Origin: a virus | Lineage: Duplodnaviria > Caudoviricetes | Virus record (IMG/VR): IMGVR_UViG_3300038549_000050 | Span: 1-56,095 of that record | Length of the DNA: 56,095 bases | Direction: 5' to 3' (one strand) | Part shown: piece by piece, positions 15,153 to 25,027 of the stretch | Numbering within the stretch: the stretch's first letter is position 1 | Layout of the letters: the number at the start of each line of letters is the position of its first letter | The notes under the pieces: model-generated | Databases searched by the model: none | What the model saw: only the letters and a program-made list of their open reading frames with translations | Told to the model about the DNA's origin: nothing | Program-made: the position numbers and the translations under genes

Positions 15153-16340
15153 ATGAGCTACCTTATCTCATCGCAAGCGGGTACGCAAGAAGAAAAATTA
15201 ATTCCTTCCTCAAATTCGCAAGGAGCTGAGGTCATTCCCTTCACTGGCTCCCGAGATGTTGTGTCAAGAGGCGAGATTGCTGATGCAGTCAAGCTCTGGA
15301 GACTCGAACGCGACCTGTCTGATGCGCTGACGCGGCAAGAAATCGGGGCGATGAGGATGCTTGACCGCATCGATGCCCAACGCAAGGCGCTCATCATAGG
15401 CTTTGCCGAATATCTTCGCAAGCATGAACGCTCTGATGTCGCCATGGGCGTGTATCTCGTATCGGTGCTCATGAGTGATAACGATCAGGGCATGTCTACG
15501 GTTTCACAGCCGACACTGGCGAAACTGTTTAAGCGGTCCGTGTCATCGATTGCCGATGCTCAGCGGCGGCTTCGCGAGGATAAGCTCATCACCATGTCGC
15601 GAGGCAGGAAGGCCGGAACGGTCCCGGTAATACCGCGCTTTGTCGCCAAGCAGTACAACCATCTGACGTGGGTTCTAGCGGCGCTTTGTGATGACGCGGC
15701 CCCCGTTAATCATCTACTCCCACCGGATGATTGTCAATCATCCGGCCAGACCGGATGTATTTCGAAATCCCTAGGCGGGACCGGATGTATTCCGAATGGA
15801 AATCATCCGGTCGAGGCTCCGGAAATCATCCGGCCGGACCCTATGCAATTTCAGTCTTCTAATTCAACTATATTGGAGAAAGCGGTTTCAGCCGTCGCGG
15901 TCGGCCTAGCATCGACGCTTGCCGTCATGCCGGCGGCTGCTAAACCAGAAGACCCCCCTGCCATCGTTCTGAAGGCAAAGCCATCTCTGGCGGAGATGTC
16001 AGACCGAATGATGAGGGCCAGCGGAAAAGCTCTCGCAAGCCCGGCGACGAATCCGTCGCTTCTGGTCATGTCGGAACTTCAATGCTGGCTTTCGAACGGT
16101 TGCGATTTCGAACTCGATATCATACCGACGATCGAGGCGATCTCGCGCCGCGCCAATGGCGGATCGATCGGGACATGGCGGTACTTTACGAAGGCGATAG
16201 CCAATGCGAAGGCAACCAGGCTGGCGCCGATGCCGGCTGGCGAAGCACAAACAAAAACACGGCCAAGCTGGCGTCCAAAAACCAAGGACGAAATGACCCT
16301 CGAAGAACTCCAAATCCATTACGACCGAGGCGGGGTCTGA
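15153..16340 (+). CDS. Phage replication initiator (central HTH, DnaD-like C-terminus)
   Basis: VSQPTLAKLFKRSVSSI HTH; WRYFTKAI C-terminal motif; directly upstream of the helicase; contains iterons; start uncertain. Confidence 0.7.
   Translation: MSYLISSQAGTQEEKLIPSSNSQGAEVIPFTGSRDVVSRGEIADAVKLWRLERDLSDALTRQEIGAMRMLDRIDAQRKALIIGFAEYLRKHERSDVAMGVYLVSVLMSDNDQGMSTVSQPTLAKLFKRSVSSIADAQRRLREDKLITMSRGRKAGTVPVIPRFVAKQYNHLTWVLAALCDDAAPVNHLLPPDDCQSSGQTGCISKSLGGTGCIPNGNHPVEAPEIIRPDPMQFQSSNSTILEKAVSAVAVGLASTLAVMPAAAKPEDPPAIVLKAKPSLAEMSDRMMRASGKALASPATNPSLLVMSELQCWLSNGCDFELDIIPTIEAISRRANGGSIGTWRYFTKAIANAKATRLAPMPAGEAQTKTRPSWRPKTKDEMTLEELQIHYDRGGV
15723..15876. repeat. Probable replication origin: six CCGGATG/CATCCGG iterons plus an AT-rich tract
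   Basis: Copies at 15723, 15737, 15750, 15780, 15798 and 15821 in both orientations, followed by AT-rich 15845-15875. Confidence 0.65.
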
Positions 16341-17737
16341 TGTCGCTTGAGCTCTACAACGAGCGTGCTGAACAGATCGTGCTCGCCACGGTGCTTTTCG
16401 ATGCCGACAGCCTGCATGCCATCGGAGAGCTTCGAGCTGACGACTTCGTGCATTTTTTTCATGCCGACGTGTTCCGCTACATGGTCGCCGAAGTCCAGGC
16501 GGGACGCAAACCGACTGCGGTAAGCGTTGGGCATTTCGTCTCCGGGCATAATCTGGACGGTATATCCGCGCAGCAATATCTGACCAATCTTGCAGCCTTG
16601 CGGGACCGCCAGACGCTTCGCGAGATGATCGCCCTCATCAAGGGACTGTCAGCCCGCCGGGCAATGATCCAGATCGGCGTTGGATTGCAGGAGCATGGTG
16701 CTTTGAGCGATAGCCCGCCGCGGCAAATGTGCTTGGACGCGGTTCGGGCCCTAAACGACGTCTTGGCGATGGAGCGCAAGCCGGCTCCGGCTGCGCAGTT
16801 CATCGGCGAAATCGCTGAACATCTGGTGGCGTCGCTTGATTTGCCTGACGATGACAGCTTCATCTCGACTGGCCTGAGGACGCTTGACCGTTTCATAGGC
16901 GGCTGGCCGCGCGGGGAACTCTCGATGGTTGCCGGCCGGCCATCCATGGGCAAGAGCGCCCTTCTCAGCGCCTTGGCGCGCCGCGGGGCACGACAGGGAA
17001 AGAACATGATGATTTTCTCCCTAGAGATGCCGCGCAAGGCGCTCGCGGCGCGCATGATGTCGGATTATGCCTACGGGGCCCGTGAAGACCAACGCATCCC
17101 CTATGCCGATATTCTGCGTCGCCGGATCGAGCCGCACCAGAAGGAACGCCTCAAGGTCGCGGCGCGCGCGTTTGGTGATTATCCGCTGAAGATCGACGAT
17201 CAACGCGGCCTGACAATGCCTGAGATTCACATCAGGGCACTGCGCTATGCCGATGAGCTCGACAAGCAGGGGAAGCGCCTCGATGTCGTTATGGTGGATC
17301 ATGTCGGAAAGGTCCGCTCCAGCGACCGCTACAAAGGCAATGTCACAGCGGAAACGACGGAGAAGTCAGACGCCCTGATGGTATCTGCCTACGAACTCGA
17401 CGCGGCTGTCGTCGCGGCCTGCCAACTCAACCGAGGGCCTGAGGGACGGGAGGACAAACACCCTGGCCCGGCCGATCTGCGCGATAGCGGAGCGCTTGAA
17501 CAGGATGTCAATACGCTGCTTTTTCCCTATCGTCCAGCGTATTACCTTGAACGGCAGAAGCACGATGATCTAGAAAAGGATAGAATACGTATTAATGCGT
17601 TGGAAAAGAAAAAAAATTTGATGGAAATTCTCGTATCGAAGAGTAGAAATGGAGCGTGCGGAAATGTTGATTTGTTTGTCGACATCGCTTCCAATCATGT
17701 CGAAGATCTAGCGCAGGAGGTCTACGGTGTTTCTTGA
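16340..17737 (+). CDS. dnaB: DnaB-like replicative helicase
   Basis: AGRPSMGKS Walker A, FSLEM, VMVDH, CQLNR, DLRDSGALEQD, KSRNG. Confidence 0.95.
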   Translation: MSLELYNERAEQIVLATVLFDADSLHAIGELRADDFVHFFHADVFRYMVAEVQAGRKPTAVSVGHFVSGHNLDGISAQQYLTNLAALRDRQTLREMIALIKGLSARRAMIQIGVGLQEHGALSDSPPRQMCLDAVRALNDVLAMERKPAPAAQFIGEIAEHLVASLDLPDDDSFISTGLRTLDRFIGGWPRGELSMVAGRPSMGKSALLSALARRGARQGKNMMIFSLEMPRKALAARMMSDYAYGAREDQRIPYADILRRRIEPHQKERLKVAARAFGDYPLKIDDQRGLTMPEIHIRALRYADELDKQGKRLDVVMVDHVGKVRSSDRYKGNVTAETTEKSDALMVSAYELDAAVVAACQLNRGPEGREDKHPGPADLRDSGALEQDVNTLLFPYRPAYYLERQKHDDLEKDRIRINALEKKKNLMEILVSKSRNGACGNVDLFVDIASNHVEDLAQEVYGVS

Positions 17738-18506
17738 CGCAGCTCTTGATCTTTGTCAATTTTCATTCAAGGTCTTCCCATTGCTTCCAGGAGAGAAGAC
17801 GCCGGCTATCTCCAGCAAAAAGGGCGGCAAGGGTTGCCTCGATGCAACTGATGATGAGGAGATTATAGCTGGATGGGCCAAGCGGTTCCCCAGGGCCAAC
17901 ATCGGAATTCATTGCGGCGAGGCATCCGGGATCGTGGTGATCGATCTAGATCCACGGAATGGATCGGACGCATCCGTCGCCGAGCTTGCCAAGCGCAGGC
18001 AGACATTTTTGCCGACAGCGACAGTTAGAACAGCCAATGGCGGGACCCATCTCTATTACGCTTTTGAGCCGTCGATCAAGAATTCCAAATCCGTCCTCGG
18101 CGCTGGCATCGATGTGAAAACGACGGGAGGCTATGTTGTTGCGCCGCCGTCGCGTCTTAGCTCTGGAAAAAACTATGCCTGGATCAACAGGCCGATGAGC
18201 GAGAACCTGCCGCGCTTGCCTCATTGGGTTGTCCAGGCACTGCGTCCAAAGCCGCAGCCCATCGTTGCCTACGATCAGAGCAGAGCACCGAAGGACATCA
18301 AGAAACTAACTGAATTCCTTGCTATGTCAGGCGAAGGTTCGCGGAACAATATCCTGTTTTGGGCAGCCTGCCGTCTTGCGGAGAGCGGACAGCTCAGCCC
18401 GACGAACGAAACGGTGCTCATAAATGCCGCTGTGTCCGCTGGTCTCAATCGCGTCGATGCACAGAAGACCGTGGTGAGCGCAGGAAAGAAAGGAAAACAT
18501 GTATGA
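17727..18506 (+). CDS. Bifunctional DNA primase/polymerase (Prim-Pol) with C-terminal PriCT-like domain
   Basis: VFPL...KTP, NIGI, VIDLD, TANGGTHLYY, GIDVK..GGYVVAPPS; G.RNN.LF..AC. Confidence 0.9.
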   Translation: MFLDAALDLCQFSFKVFPLLPGEKTPAISSKKGGKGCLDATDDEEIIAGWAKRFPRANIGIHCGEASGIVVIDLDPRNGSDASVAELAKRRQTFLPTATVRTANGGTHLYYAFEPSIKNSKSVLGAGIDVKTTGGYVVAPPSRLSSGKNYAWINRPMSENLPRLPHWVVQALRPKPQPIVAYDQSRAPKDIKKLTEFLAMSGEGSRNNILFWAACRLAESGQLSPTNETVLINAAVSAGLNRVDAQKTVVSAGKKGKHV

Positions 18507-18754
18507 CAAAGACAGTTGATGTGTTCGTTCTGGAAGTCCGAGAGAATTCTTTGAAATGTTCTATGGCCTCGGATGGCGACCAACCATTTTACCTTGGCAT
18601 GAAAACAATTGAGACGGCCGGAGAATTTAAGGCTGGCGAATTCAACACTTTGGATATCACAGATTTCGGTTGGAAATCTCATCGACAATTATGCGGAGAT
18701 GAGATATTTGAAAAAGAAAAAGCGCGCCGCGCAGAATGGAAGAAAAGCAAATGA
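18503..18754 (+). CDS. Hypothetical protein
   Basis: ATGA-coupled ORF. Confidence 0.6.
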   Translation: MTKTVDVFVLEVRENSLKCSMASDGDQPFYLGMKTIETAGEFKAGEFNTLDITDFGWKSHRQLCGDEIFEKEKARRAEWKKSK

Positions 18755-19740
18755 GCCGCGACGAGAAACAAACCTGCGCCAATTGCAAATGGTGGGATGC
18801 CCACGAAGGGCAGAGGATCGCGCAATGCCGCGTCGATAGCCCAAAGATCGACGCTGAGGGCGAGGCCATCTGGCCGTCATCAGAAAATGGCGACTGGTGC
18901 AGCAAGTTCGTCGCTCGCGAGCCGGCGCTCTCCGATCAAGACAGGAAATTCCTAGGGGCAATGCATCAGGGCGAATGCTTGGGCGCATCGGCTGACGCCG
19001 ACCTGGCCCTGTGCCATCTCGGTAACGTCCTGTACATTCTTGCCGACCTCGATCCAGATCATCGCTGCTACGCCTTGGACGATGCGCAAGCCTATTACAA
19101 CGCTCGTTGTCCAGATGCCAGGATCGCCCCGACACGTGCCGTCGTCACCAAGCTCATTCAGACACATCCACTCCTGACGCCGTTGGAAGTCCAAGGAGCG
19201 CCGTTACCTGATACTGCCACCAAGGTATCGGAAGATACGTCTTCTGCCGCGCACGGTGTCATCAGGCGTATCATCGAGCCGGAAACGCTCGGCGAATACG
19301 ACATGATGTTCAGCGAGCTGGTCGATGCCAAGGGATTTTCTCCGGAGGGAGCCAATTCCTATGTCGTCGCGCGGGCGACCGCTGATCATTTTCAGAGGAT
19401 CAGCGAACTCGAAGCCGCCAACGCTTCAGCACATGAAGCCGTTATTGAAGCCCTCTCCCTATGCCAGCATACGCCGGAAGAGTGGCTTGTGATGAAGAAC
19501 CGCAATGATGAGCTATGCGAGTTCAAGTGCAAGATGTTTTCGACGCTGGAGAAGCGAAGCCTGAACCTTTCTCCGCTTCGAAAAAGTGATCGAAGCCCGA
19601 AGGGCGGAAACGCCGAAGGTGGCTCCGTTCACGAGAGCACGGTCGGCAAAGCCGACTTTCCCGAAACTTTCATTTCCCTCGGAGATGCCGCCAGCAATGT
19701 TATCCAGGAGCTTGCATCCAAACGGAACTCACAGTCATGA
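18751..19740 (+). CDS. Mosaic hypothetical protein with an N-terminal Cys motif
   Basis: CANCKWW...C...WP.....WC..F N-terminus; ATGA coupling. Confidence 0.6.
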   Translation: MSRDEKQTCANCKWWDAHEGQRIAQCRVDSPKIDAEGEAIWPSSENGDWCSKFVAREPALSDQDRKFLGAMHQGECLGASADADLALCHLGNVLYILADLDPDHRCYALDDAQAYYNARCPDARIAPTRAVVTKLIQTHPLLTPLEVQGAPLPDTATKVSEDTSSAAHGVIRRIIEPETLGEYDMMFSELVDAKGFSPEGANSYVVARATADHFQRISELEAANASAHEAVIEALSLCQHTPEEWLVMKNRNDELCEFKCKMFSTLEKRSLNLSPLRKSDRSPKGGNAEGGSVHESTVGKADFPETFISLGDAASNVIQELASKRNSQS

Positions 19741-19762
19741 AACACCCCAACAAATCCACAAT

Positions 19763-20119
19763 ATGGGCATCCGCGACATCGAACGCCACGAGGTCAACGT
19801 TGGCGTTTACAACCGCGTCCGTTCGACATTACCGGCCGATCCGAGGACACCGTCAGTCGACGACATCATCGAGGCGATGTGCAAACGCCTCGCAGAAGCC
19901 TTAGAATACGACTACGACGCGCCTAAATACGGCTGCCGCCCTAACTACCCCAGGGACAAGAAAAGACGCCCACGGCCTCGCACGGAGGCCGCGCGGCGTC
20001 TTGTTCTGGAGAATCCAGGCTTGCGCAACATCGACATATCGCGGAAGTACGATATTCCCGCCCAGACGATATCGAGGGCGCGCGTGGAGCTCCTGCAATC
20101 TGGAGACCTGAAACGGTAA
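19763..20119 (+). CDS. HTH protein; stop codon supplied by the IS right end
   Basis: NPGLRNIDISRKYDIPAQTISRAR HTH. Confidence 0.6.
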   Translation: MGIRDIERHEVNVGVYNRVRSTLPADPRTPSVDDIIEAMCKRLAEALEYDYDAPKYGCRPNYPRDKKRRPRPRTEAARRLVLENPGLRNIDISRKYDIPAQTISRARVELLQSGDLKR

Positions 20120-21344
20120 CCGATCCCCGCCCTGAAGGACGGGGCTTTTCCCTAGGCCGCAAGCTGTGCGGCCTGAGAACTCAAGGCAGGGTTACATAGT
20201 GCTGCCTCTGCTCGGGACTTGATGTTCCGAGCTGCGTTAATGTCCGCGACCTCAGCATGGCCGCAGGAAACACAGAAGAAGGTGGCTTGATCCGGTCTGT
20301 TCTTTTTGTCGATTGTGCCGCAGGACGAGCATCCTTGGCTCGTGTGGCGCGGATCGACGAGCAACACGGGAATTCCAGCGCGCTTGGCCTTATAGGCCAC
20401 AAACGCCTGAAGCTGCCAAAAGGACCAATTTCCAAGCCTCGCACGGTGGGAACGTCTGGCCTTGACCCGCGTGCGGATGTGCTTGAGGTCTTCAAGCCCA
20501 ATGCCACGCCCGGAGCGTTGCGCTTCCACGACGATTGCCTTCGAAATGCAGTGGTTGGTGTGGGTCTGGAATCTCCGTTGCTTGCCAGAAAGGATGCGCA
20601 GCCGGCGCTTTGCTGCCTTGCTGCCGCATCGCTGAAGCCCTTTACGGCGATTGCTCAGGCACTGACGAGTGGCTTCAACAGCCGCGCCACTGTGCATTTT
20701 GCCGTCGCTGTCGGTGGCGATATTGACGATGCCCAAATCGACGCCGAGAACCTTTGTCGTCAGGATTGGGTCGGCCTCGTCGATGTCGCACACGCAGGCG
20801 AGGTAGAATTCGCCGCGCACCAGCATCAGATCGACTTCGCCCTTGCGGAAAGCCAAAAGCTCCCGCTGACGCTTGCCCATCACGGATTGGACCTTGATGC
20901 GACCGCCGAGCGTCCAGATCGAAACGATATCGCGCGGCTTAAAACTGACGATCCGGTCGTCATAGGGCTGAGCGGCGTGCTTGCGGAACGACCGCTTAAC
21001 CTTCTTGTCGAGTTTGTAGGCATCCGCCGTTTTGGCGATGCAGCGCACCGCGACTTGCGCCGCGAGCCCGAAGCGCTCGCGAATGTCCGCGTAGCCGAGC
21101 TTGTGCAGGTCGAAGGTACGCAGAATGCCAGCCTCAAAACCCTTCGCCGACAGGTAGTCGCACGCCTTATTGCAGCACTCAAGCGTCTCTTTCAGCGCTT
21201 GAAACTGCTCTGGCGTAGGCTGCAATTTAATGTTGGCAACGAGCTTCATTTCTTCTATATAGGAAGAACCAAAAGGGAAGTCAACACGAAAAGGCAGAGC
21301 TTCCTCCCCGGCCTGAACGCCGGGGTATCCGCTCTGAACAGAGG
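20116..21344 (-). mobile_element. TnpB-only IS200/IS605 (IS1341-type) element
   Basis: Subterminal hairpins CCCCGCCCTGAAGGACGGGG (20125-20144) and CCCCGGCCTGAACGCCGGGG (21306-21325); right end TTAC and left flank TCAT on the minus strand; no TSD and no tnpA. Confidence 0.85.
20152..21249 (-). CDS. tnpB: TnpB RNA-guided endonuclease
   Basis: RuvC motifs LGVDLG, GLEDL and ADINAARNI intact; CSSC/CVSC zinc finger. Confidence 0.95.
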   Translation of the reverse strand: MKLVANIKLQPTPEQFQALKETLECCNKACDYLSAKGFEAGILRTFDLHKLGYADIRERFGLAAQVAVRCIAKTADAYKLDKKVKRSFRKHAAQPYDDRIVSFKPRDIVSIWTLGGRIKVQSVMGKRQRELLAFRKGEVDLMLVRGEFYLACVCDIDEADPILTTKVLGVDLGIVNIATDSDGKMHSGAAVEATRQCLSNRRKGLQRCGSKAAKRRLRILSGKQRRFQTHTNHCISKAIVVEAQRSGRGIGLEDLKHIRTRVKARRSHRARLGNWSFWQLQAFVAYKAKRAGIPVLLVDPRHTSQGCSSCGTIDKKNRPDQATFFCVSCGHAEVADINAARNIKSRAEAALCNPALSSQAAQLAA

Positions 21345-21812
21345 ATGACCATCATCTGCTGGAGAGACGGCATACTGGCTGCCGACAGCCTCATGCTCAT
21401 GGGCTCTTTCAAGGCTAAGGCGACATTCAAGAAAATCCGTTACGAAGGCAACGGCCAGACATTTGCCTGCACAGGCACGGCAGCGCTCTTTGAGCCCATG
21501 ATAGCTTGGATCAAAGCTGGAGCCAAGCCGGGTGATGTCCCGAAGCCAGCGGATCGACACTGCGACACGCGCGTATTGCTGTTCGAGAACGGCCGCTGTT
21601 TTTCATATACGCCGAACTTACCCTATCCTGACGAGCAATTTGCGCCAGATGCCTGGGGCTCGGAAGCAGAATTTGCCCTCGGGGCGATGGCGGCCGGCGC
21701 AACTGCTGAAGAGGCTGTGGCCCTTGCCATTGAGAATACCAATACGGTCGGAGGCCCCATTGAAGTCATCGACCTTCACCAGATCGAGCAAATCAAGACG
21801 AGGGCGGCATGA
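21345..21812 (+). CDS. Ntn-hydrolase (HslV/proteasome-beta-like) phage protein
   Basis: M-T-I-I...AADS N-terminus; AWGS...ALGAM..GATAEEAV..A. Confidence 0.7.
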   Translation: MTIICWRDGILAADSLMLMGSFKAKATFKKIRYEGNGQTFACTGTAALFEPMIAWIKAGAKPGDVPKPADRHCDTRVLLFENGRCFSYTPNLPYPDEQFAPDAWGSEAEFALGAMAAGATAEEAVALAIENTNTVGGPIEVIDLHQIEQIKTRAA

Positions 21813-22114
21813 CCTCATTCACCGACATCACCCCCGTTCATCTCCGTTGCTCGATGTCGATGGCCTGTCCATCCGTCTCCATAAGCGAAGACGGTAAGAC
21901 GTATCGGATAACTGGTGCGAATGTACCAACTGATCCGTATGTCGCCGGAGAGGCCACCATTGATATCCCAGCTGAACTCCTTGAACGTGCTCTGCAGGAG
22001 GCCGCACATCGCTGGCACGAGATCGCGGATCAACGCGCAGCGCGGATTATAGAGTTGGAAGCTGCGCTTGCGGATCGACGAGCTGTCTTGTCACCCGCCA
22101 TAAAATCAGATTAG
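21809..22114 (+). CDS. Hypothetical protein
   Basis: ATGA-coupled ORF. Confidence 0.55.
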   Translation: MTSFTDITPVHLRCSMSMACPSVSISEDGKTYRITGANVPTDPYVAGEATIDIPAELLERALQEAAHRWHEIADQRAARIIELEAALADRRAVLSPAIKSD

Positions 22115-22124
22115 CATCACCCGC

Positions 22125-22916
22125 ATGAAAGCAGCACGCCTCCCCTCAGCAACTGTCATCCTAGACGATGACGGCCGCGTCCAGCGCGTCTCCGGTGTTT
22201 ATCCCAAGCCAAAACCAAAAATCGAATCCACCCCGGAGATGCGAGACGCCCACCGCGCTGCCTATGAGCGCGAGGAAGAGCTCCGCTCACAAATCGAGAT
22301 CGTCACCCGCCAGGAGACGACCAAGCGTCGGATCAAGAACAAATTGGAGGAGATCGAGCGCGTCGAGCAGACCCGGACGACGCAGATCGAGACATTCGTC
22401 AGGCGCACCGAACGCTTGGTGCTCTCGACGGACGGCCACACGCGCGAGGTCCGCAAAGTCGCAACCACTGCGGCGCATTTGGAGAAGCACGGCAATCTTA
22501 CCCGGGACCTCGCGATCTACCTGCACCAATTCGCGCAGCGCGTTGCTGAGGGCCACGGCGCGGCGACCGAGGACGGCCACGACAGCACGTCTCGCATGAC
22601 CTGCAGCTACGAGCCGTCGGGAGGCGGCGGATTCGGCTCAAAGACTCCATCCGATCGCCAGCTTAACGGCCTGGCCTGCCTGCAGCAAATGCGCAAGCAG
22701 ATCCCCCGCGAACTCATCCCGGTCTTTGACCAGATCGTCAATGAAGAGGTCTCCGGCTGGCATGACCGCAAGATGACGCTCGCTGAAATCGGCGCGATGA
22801 TCGGCTACAAGCACAAGCAATCGAGCGCGGCCGGCGGTGCCCTGGTCTATGCCGTGTGCACCATGGTGGCTCATTTTCTTCGGAATTCTCGCTATTTAGC
22901 GCTTGATTCGGCTTGA
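22125..22916 (+). CDS. Possible late-gene regulator with C-terminal HTH
   Basis: Last early gene before an AT-rich promoter region; MTLAEIGAMIGY HTH-like segment; function inferred from position. Confidence 0.5.
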   Translation: MKAARLPSATVILDDDGRVQRVSGVYPKPKPKIESTPEMRDAHRAAYEREEELRSQIEIVTRQETTKRRIKNKLEEIERVEQTRTTQIETFVRRTERLVLSTDGHTREVRKVATTAAHLEKHGNLTRDLAIYLHQFAQRVAEGHGAATEDGHDSTSRMTCSYEPSGGGGFGSKTPSDRQLNGLACLQQMRKQIPRELIPVFDQIVNEEVSGWHDRKMTLAEIGAMIGYKHKQSSAAGGALVYAVCTMVAHFLRNSRYLALDSA

Positions 22917-23295
22917 ATATGTTGCATTCAAGCAACAAAAAAGGCTTTTATCAAAAAAAATATCTTGACTTTGAAAAAAAGCTTGCGAATCAGTCAGAAA
23001 AAGCCTAACTGAACCCAGGCCCGAATTGCGCCTTCAGCCGGCTGGCATCCCTCCCCCAATCAGATGATCTTGAGCAAAGCGGATTGACCTCTCGCTCGGC
23101 TGATGCGAATTCTGCCTGGAACAATCCCGGAAAGTCTTAAACATCATGGCCAAAGTCCCCCAGAAACCGGCTCCAAAGCCGGCACAGTCACCACGCATGG
23201 ACAAGCCGTCCGGCAAGTCTGGCAAGAAATGCTAACAGACAGGTCACGGATGAATGTTCCTGCACCTGCAGCTGCTCTTCAATCCAGGGGCTGAC

Positions 23296-24072
23296 ATGGC
23301 CACTCCGCACGATAGTTATTTTTTCCACGGTTTTGCCGGCAATCAGATCGTCGGTGACCCGGCGTTCTACGATCTCTCCGGAAATCAGGCAGATGCGCTC
23401 CCTGGAACCAACCTCTCGAACGCCAACCTCTGGACCAATGCCGGATATGCATCGACGGTCGACCCGGCTGGCGGCGCTACCGACAGTGTTCTGCGGTTCC
23501 CGAACCTGAATTTTGATTACAACGGCGGTGAAAAGCTCATCGTCTGGTGGCTTGGAAAGGTCACGGCGGAAGGCGCTGCCGCCGAGATGATGGGAGACGG
23601 CACCTCCACGTCAGGAGCCGGTGTCGCGCTTCGCGTCAATACCAACGCAACGCATCAGCTTGTCCTGTCTGACGGCACGACAACGACGTTCTCAGGCTCA
23701 TCCACCACGGCTGTCCTCAGCGGCAGCTTGAAGGCGCTGGCCTTCGCCATTGATGGCAGTGCACGCAAATACTGCCTCTGGTCCGAAGAGACGGACGGCC
23801 TCATTCAGCCGTTCACCAATGCCGCCGCTCTTGAATACGCAACGCTCTCCTCCGGCGAGGATCGCGACACCCGCAACCCGAACACCTTCAACATCGGCTG
23901 CGCTAGGCCGGAATCTGCGGCGTCAACGGCCGGAATCGCCGTGCAAACGCGTGGTCTGGTCATCCTGCGGCTGTCTCCGACAAAAACCATGCCGTCAGTT
24001 ACCAAGCTGACGCAAATCTTCCAGGCGCTTCGCCGCAATCCATCTCATCTCATTCGCTTGGGTGCATTCTGA
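23296..24072 (+). CDS. Beta-sandwich (LamG/ConA-like) virion-associated protein
   Basis: YDLSGN motif; Ser/Thr/Ala-rich beta-strand pattern. Confidence 0.55.
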   Translation: MATPHDSYFFHGFAGNQIVGDPAFYDLSGNQADALPGTNLSNANLWTNAGYASTVDPAGGATDSVLRFPNLNFDYNGGEKLIVWWLGKVTAEGAAAEMMGDGTSTSGAGVALRVNTNATHQLVLSDGTTTTFSGSSTTAVLSGSLKALAFAIDGSARKYCLWSEETDGLIQPFTNAAALEYATLSSGEDRDTRNPNTFNIGCARPESAASTAGIAVQTRGLVILRLSPTKTMPSVTKLTQIFQALRRNPSHLIRLGAF

Positions 24073-24809
24073 TGGCGCTCGTTTATGCTAATACCTTCTC
24101 GACCTCGTTCGCTGGCGTCACGGGGCTGCAGAGCCAGGGGATCATCACTACAGGCGCTGCAAGCCCTTCTGGCATCAGTGATGGCATCAGCATCGTCAAT
24201 GGCGTCTATCGGGCCAAGATCACCGACGCCGACACGCAGACGGCGTCCGGCATCCGTTCTGAGCTTGTTTTTGCCGACAATGCGCTTGGCGACAATGAGT
24301 TCATTGATTTCGAGCTTCTGATCAAGGACGCCGAATGGGCTGAGACAGGCTCGACGTCTGACCGCATGGTGGTGTTCCAGGTCCATAATGAGGATTCGAT
24401 CACTGCGGCTGTCAACTTCCTACTCTGGGTTGAAGACAGGACGCTCGTCGCTTGGTATCCGTCGTCGGAGCCTCCAACTGAAGGATCGACCTATATCGCC
24501 CGATCTCTTGCTCCGTTCATCTTCGACACTTGGCACCGCATCACCTTGCGAGTGCGCTGGGTCAACGCCTCGACGGGTTTCTTGGATCTCTACCTCAACC
24601 AACGCCCAATCTTCCGTGTCCAGAGCCGCGGCACGGCCTACAATAGCGATACGCCATATCCGAAACTTGGTCTCTATGCCTCAGGTTCAACTGGCTTTGG
24701 CACGCGCATGGCCTATTACCGCAATTTCGCGCATTACCGCGGGGCCGCGGAAAGTTTCGCGACAGTCATGAGCACGACGCCTCGCCCGACGGCAGCACTT
24801 TTAGCTTAA
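24072..24809 (+). CDS. Polysaccharide lyase-like (beta-jelly-roll) protein
   Basis: RSEL, VFQVH, WHRITLRVRW, G.LDLYLN, YPKLGLY motifs of the Polysacc_lyase/heparin-lyase-type fold. Confidence 0.75.
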   Translation: MALVYANTFSTSFAGVTGLQSQGIITTGAASPSGISDGISIVNGVYRAKITDADTQTASGIRSELVFADNALGDNEFIDFELLIKDAEWAETGSTSDRMVVFQVHNEDSITAAVNFLLWVEDRTLVAWYPSSEPPTEGSTYIARSLAPFIFDTWHRITLRVRWVNASTGFLDLYLNQRPIFRVQSRGTAYNSDTPYPKLGLYASGSTGFGTRMAYYRNFAHYRGAAESFATVMSTTPRPTAALLA

Positions 24810-24898
24810 ATCACGCATATAAGCATAGTATGCTGTGAGCGCTCTCCGCGGGCATAACGCCAGCCTGACACCATCAAAATATCAAGGATACACGGTCA

Positions 24899-25024
24899 AT
24901 GCTGCTTGCTCATATGGTGGGGCTGATGTCTGGGGGCGGCGGCGGTGCTCCCGTTATGTCGCTTGAATGGGGCGCAGGTAATGCGTTTGAATGGGGTTCC
25001 GGCAATTTTCTTACATGGGGCTGA
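24899..25024 (+). CDS. 41-aa peptide with three (E/T)WG repeats
   Basis: Manual translation MLLAHMVGLMSGGGGGAPVMSLEWGAGNAFEWGSGNFLTWG*; AAGGA RBS. Confidence 0.5.
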   Translation: MLLAHMVGLMSGGGGGAPVMSLEWGAGNAFEWGSGNFLTWG

Positions 25025-25027
25025 TAC

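Noticed and set aside
20152-21249. Cas12f or domesticated TnpB system
   Set aside because: No CRISPR array; both IS hairpin ends and all RuvC residues are intact, consistent with an ordinary IS1341-type element.
20257-21348. 363-aa + strand ORF
   Set aside because: Antisense shadow of tnpB.
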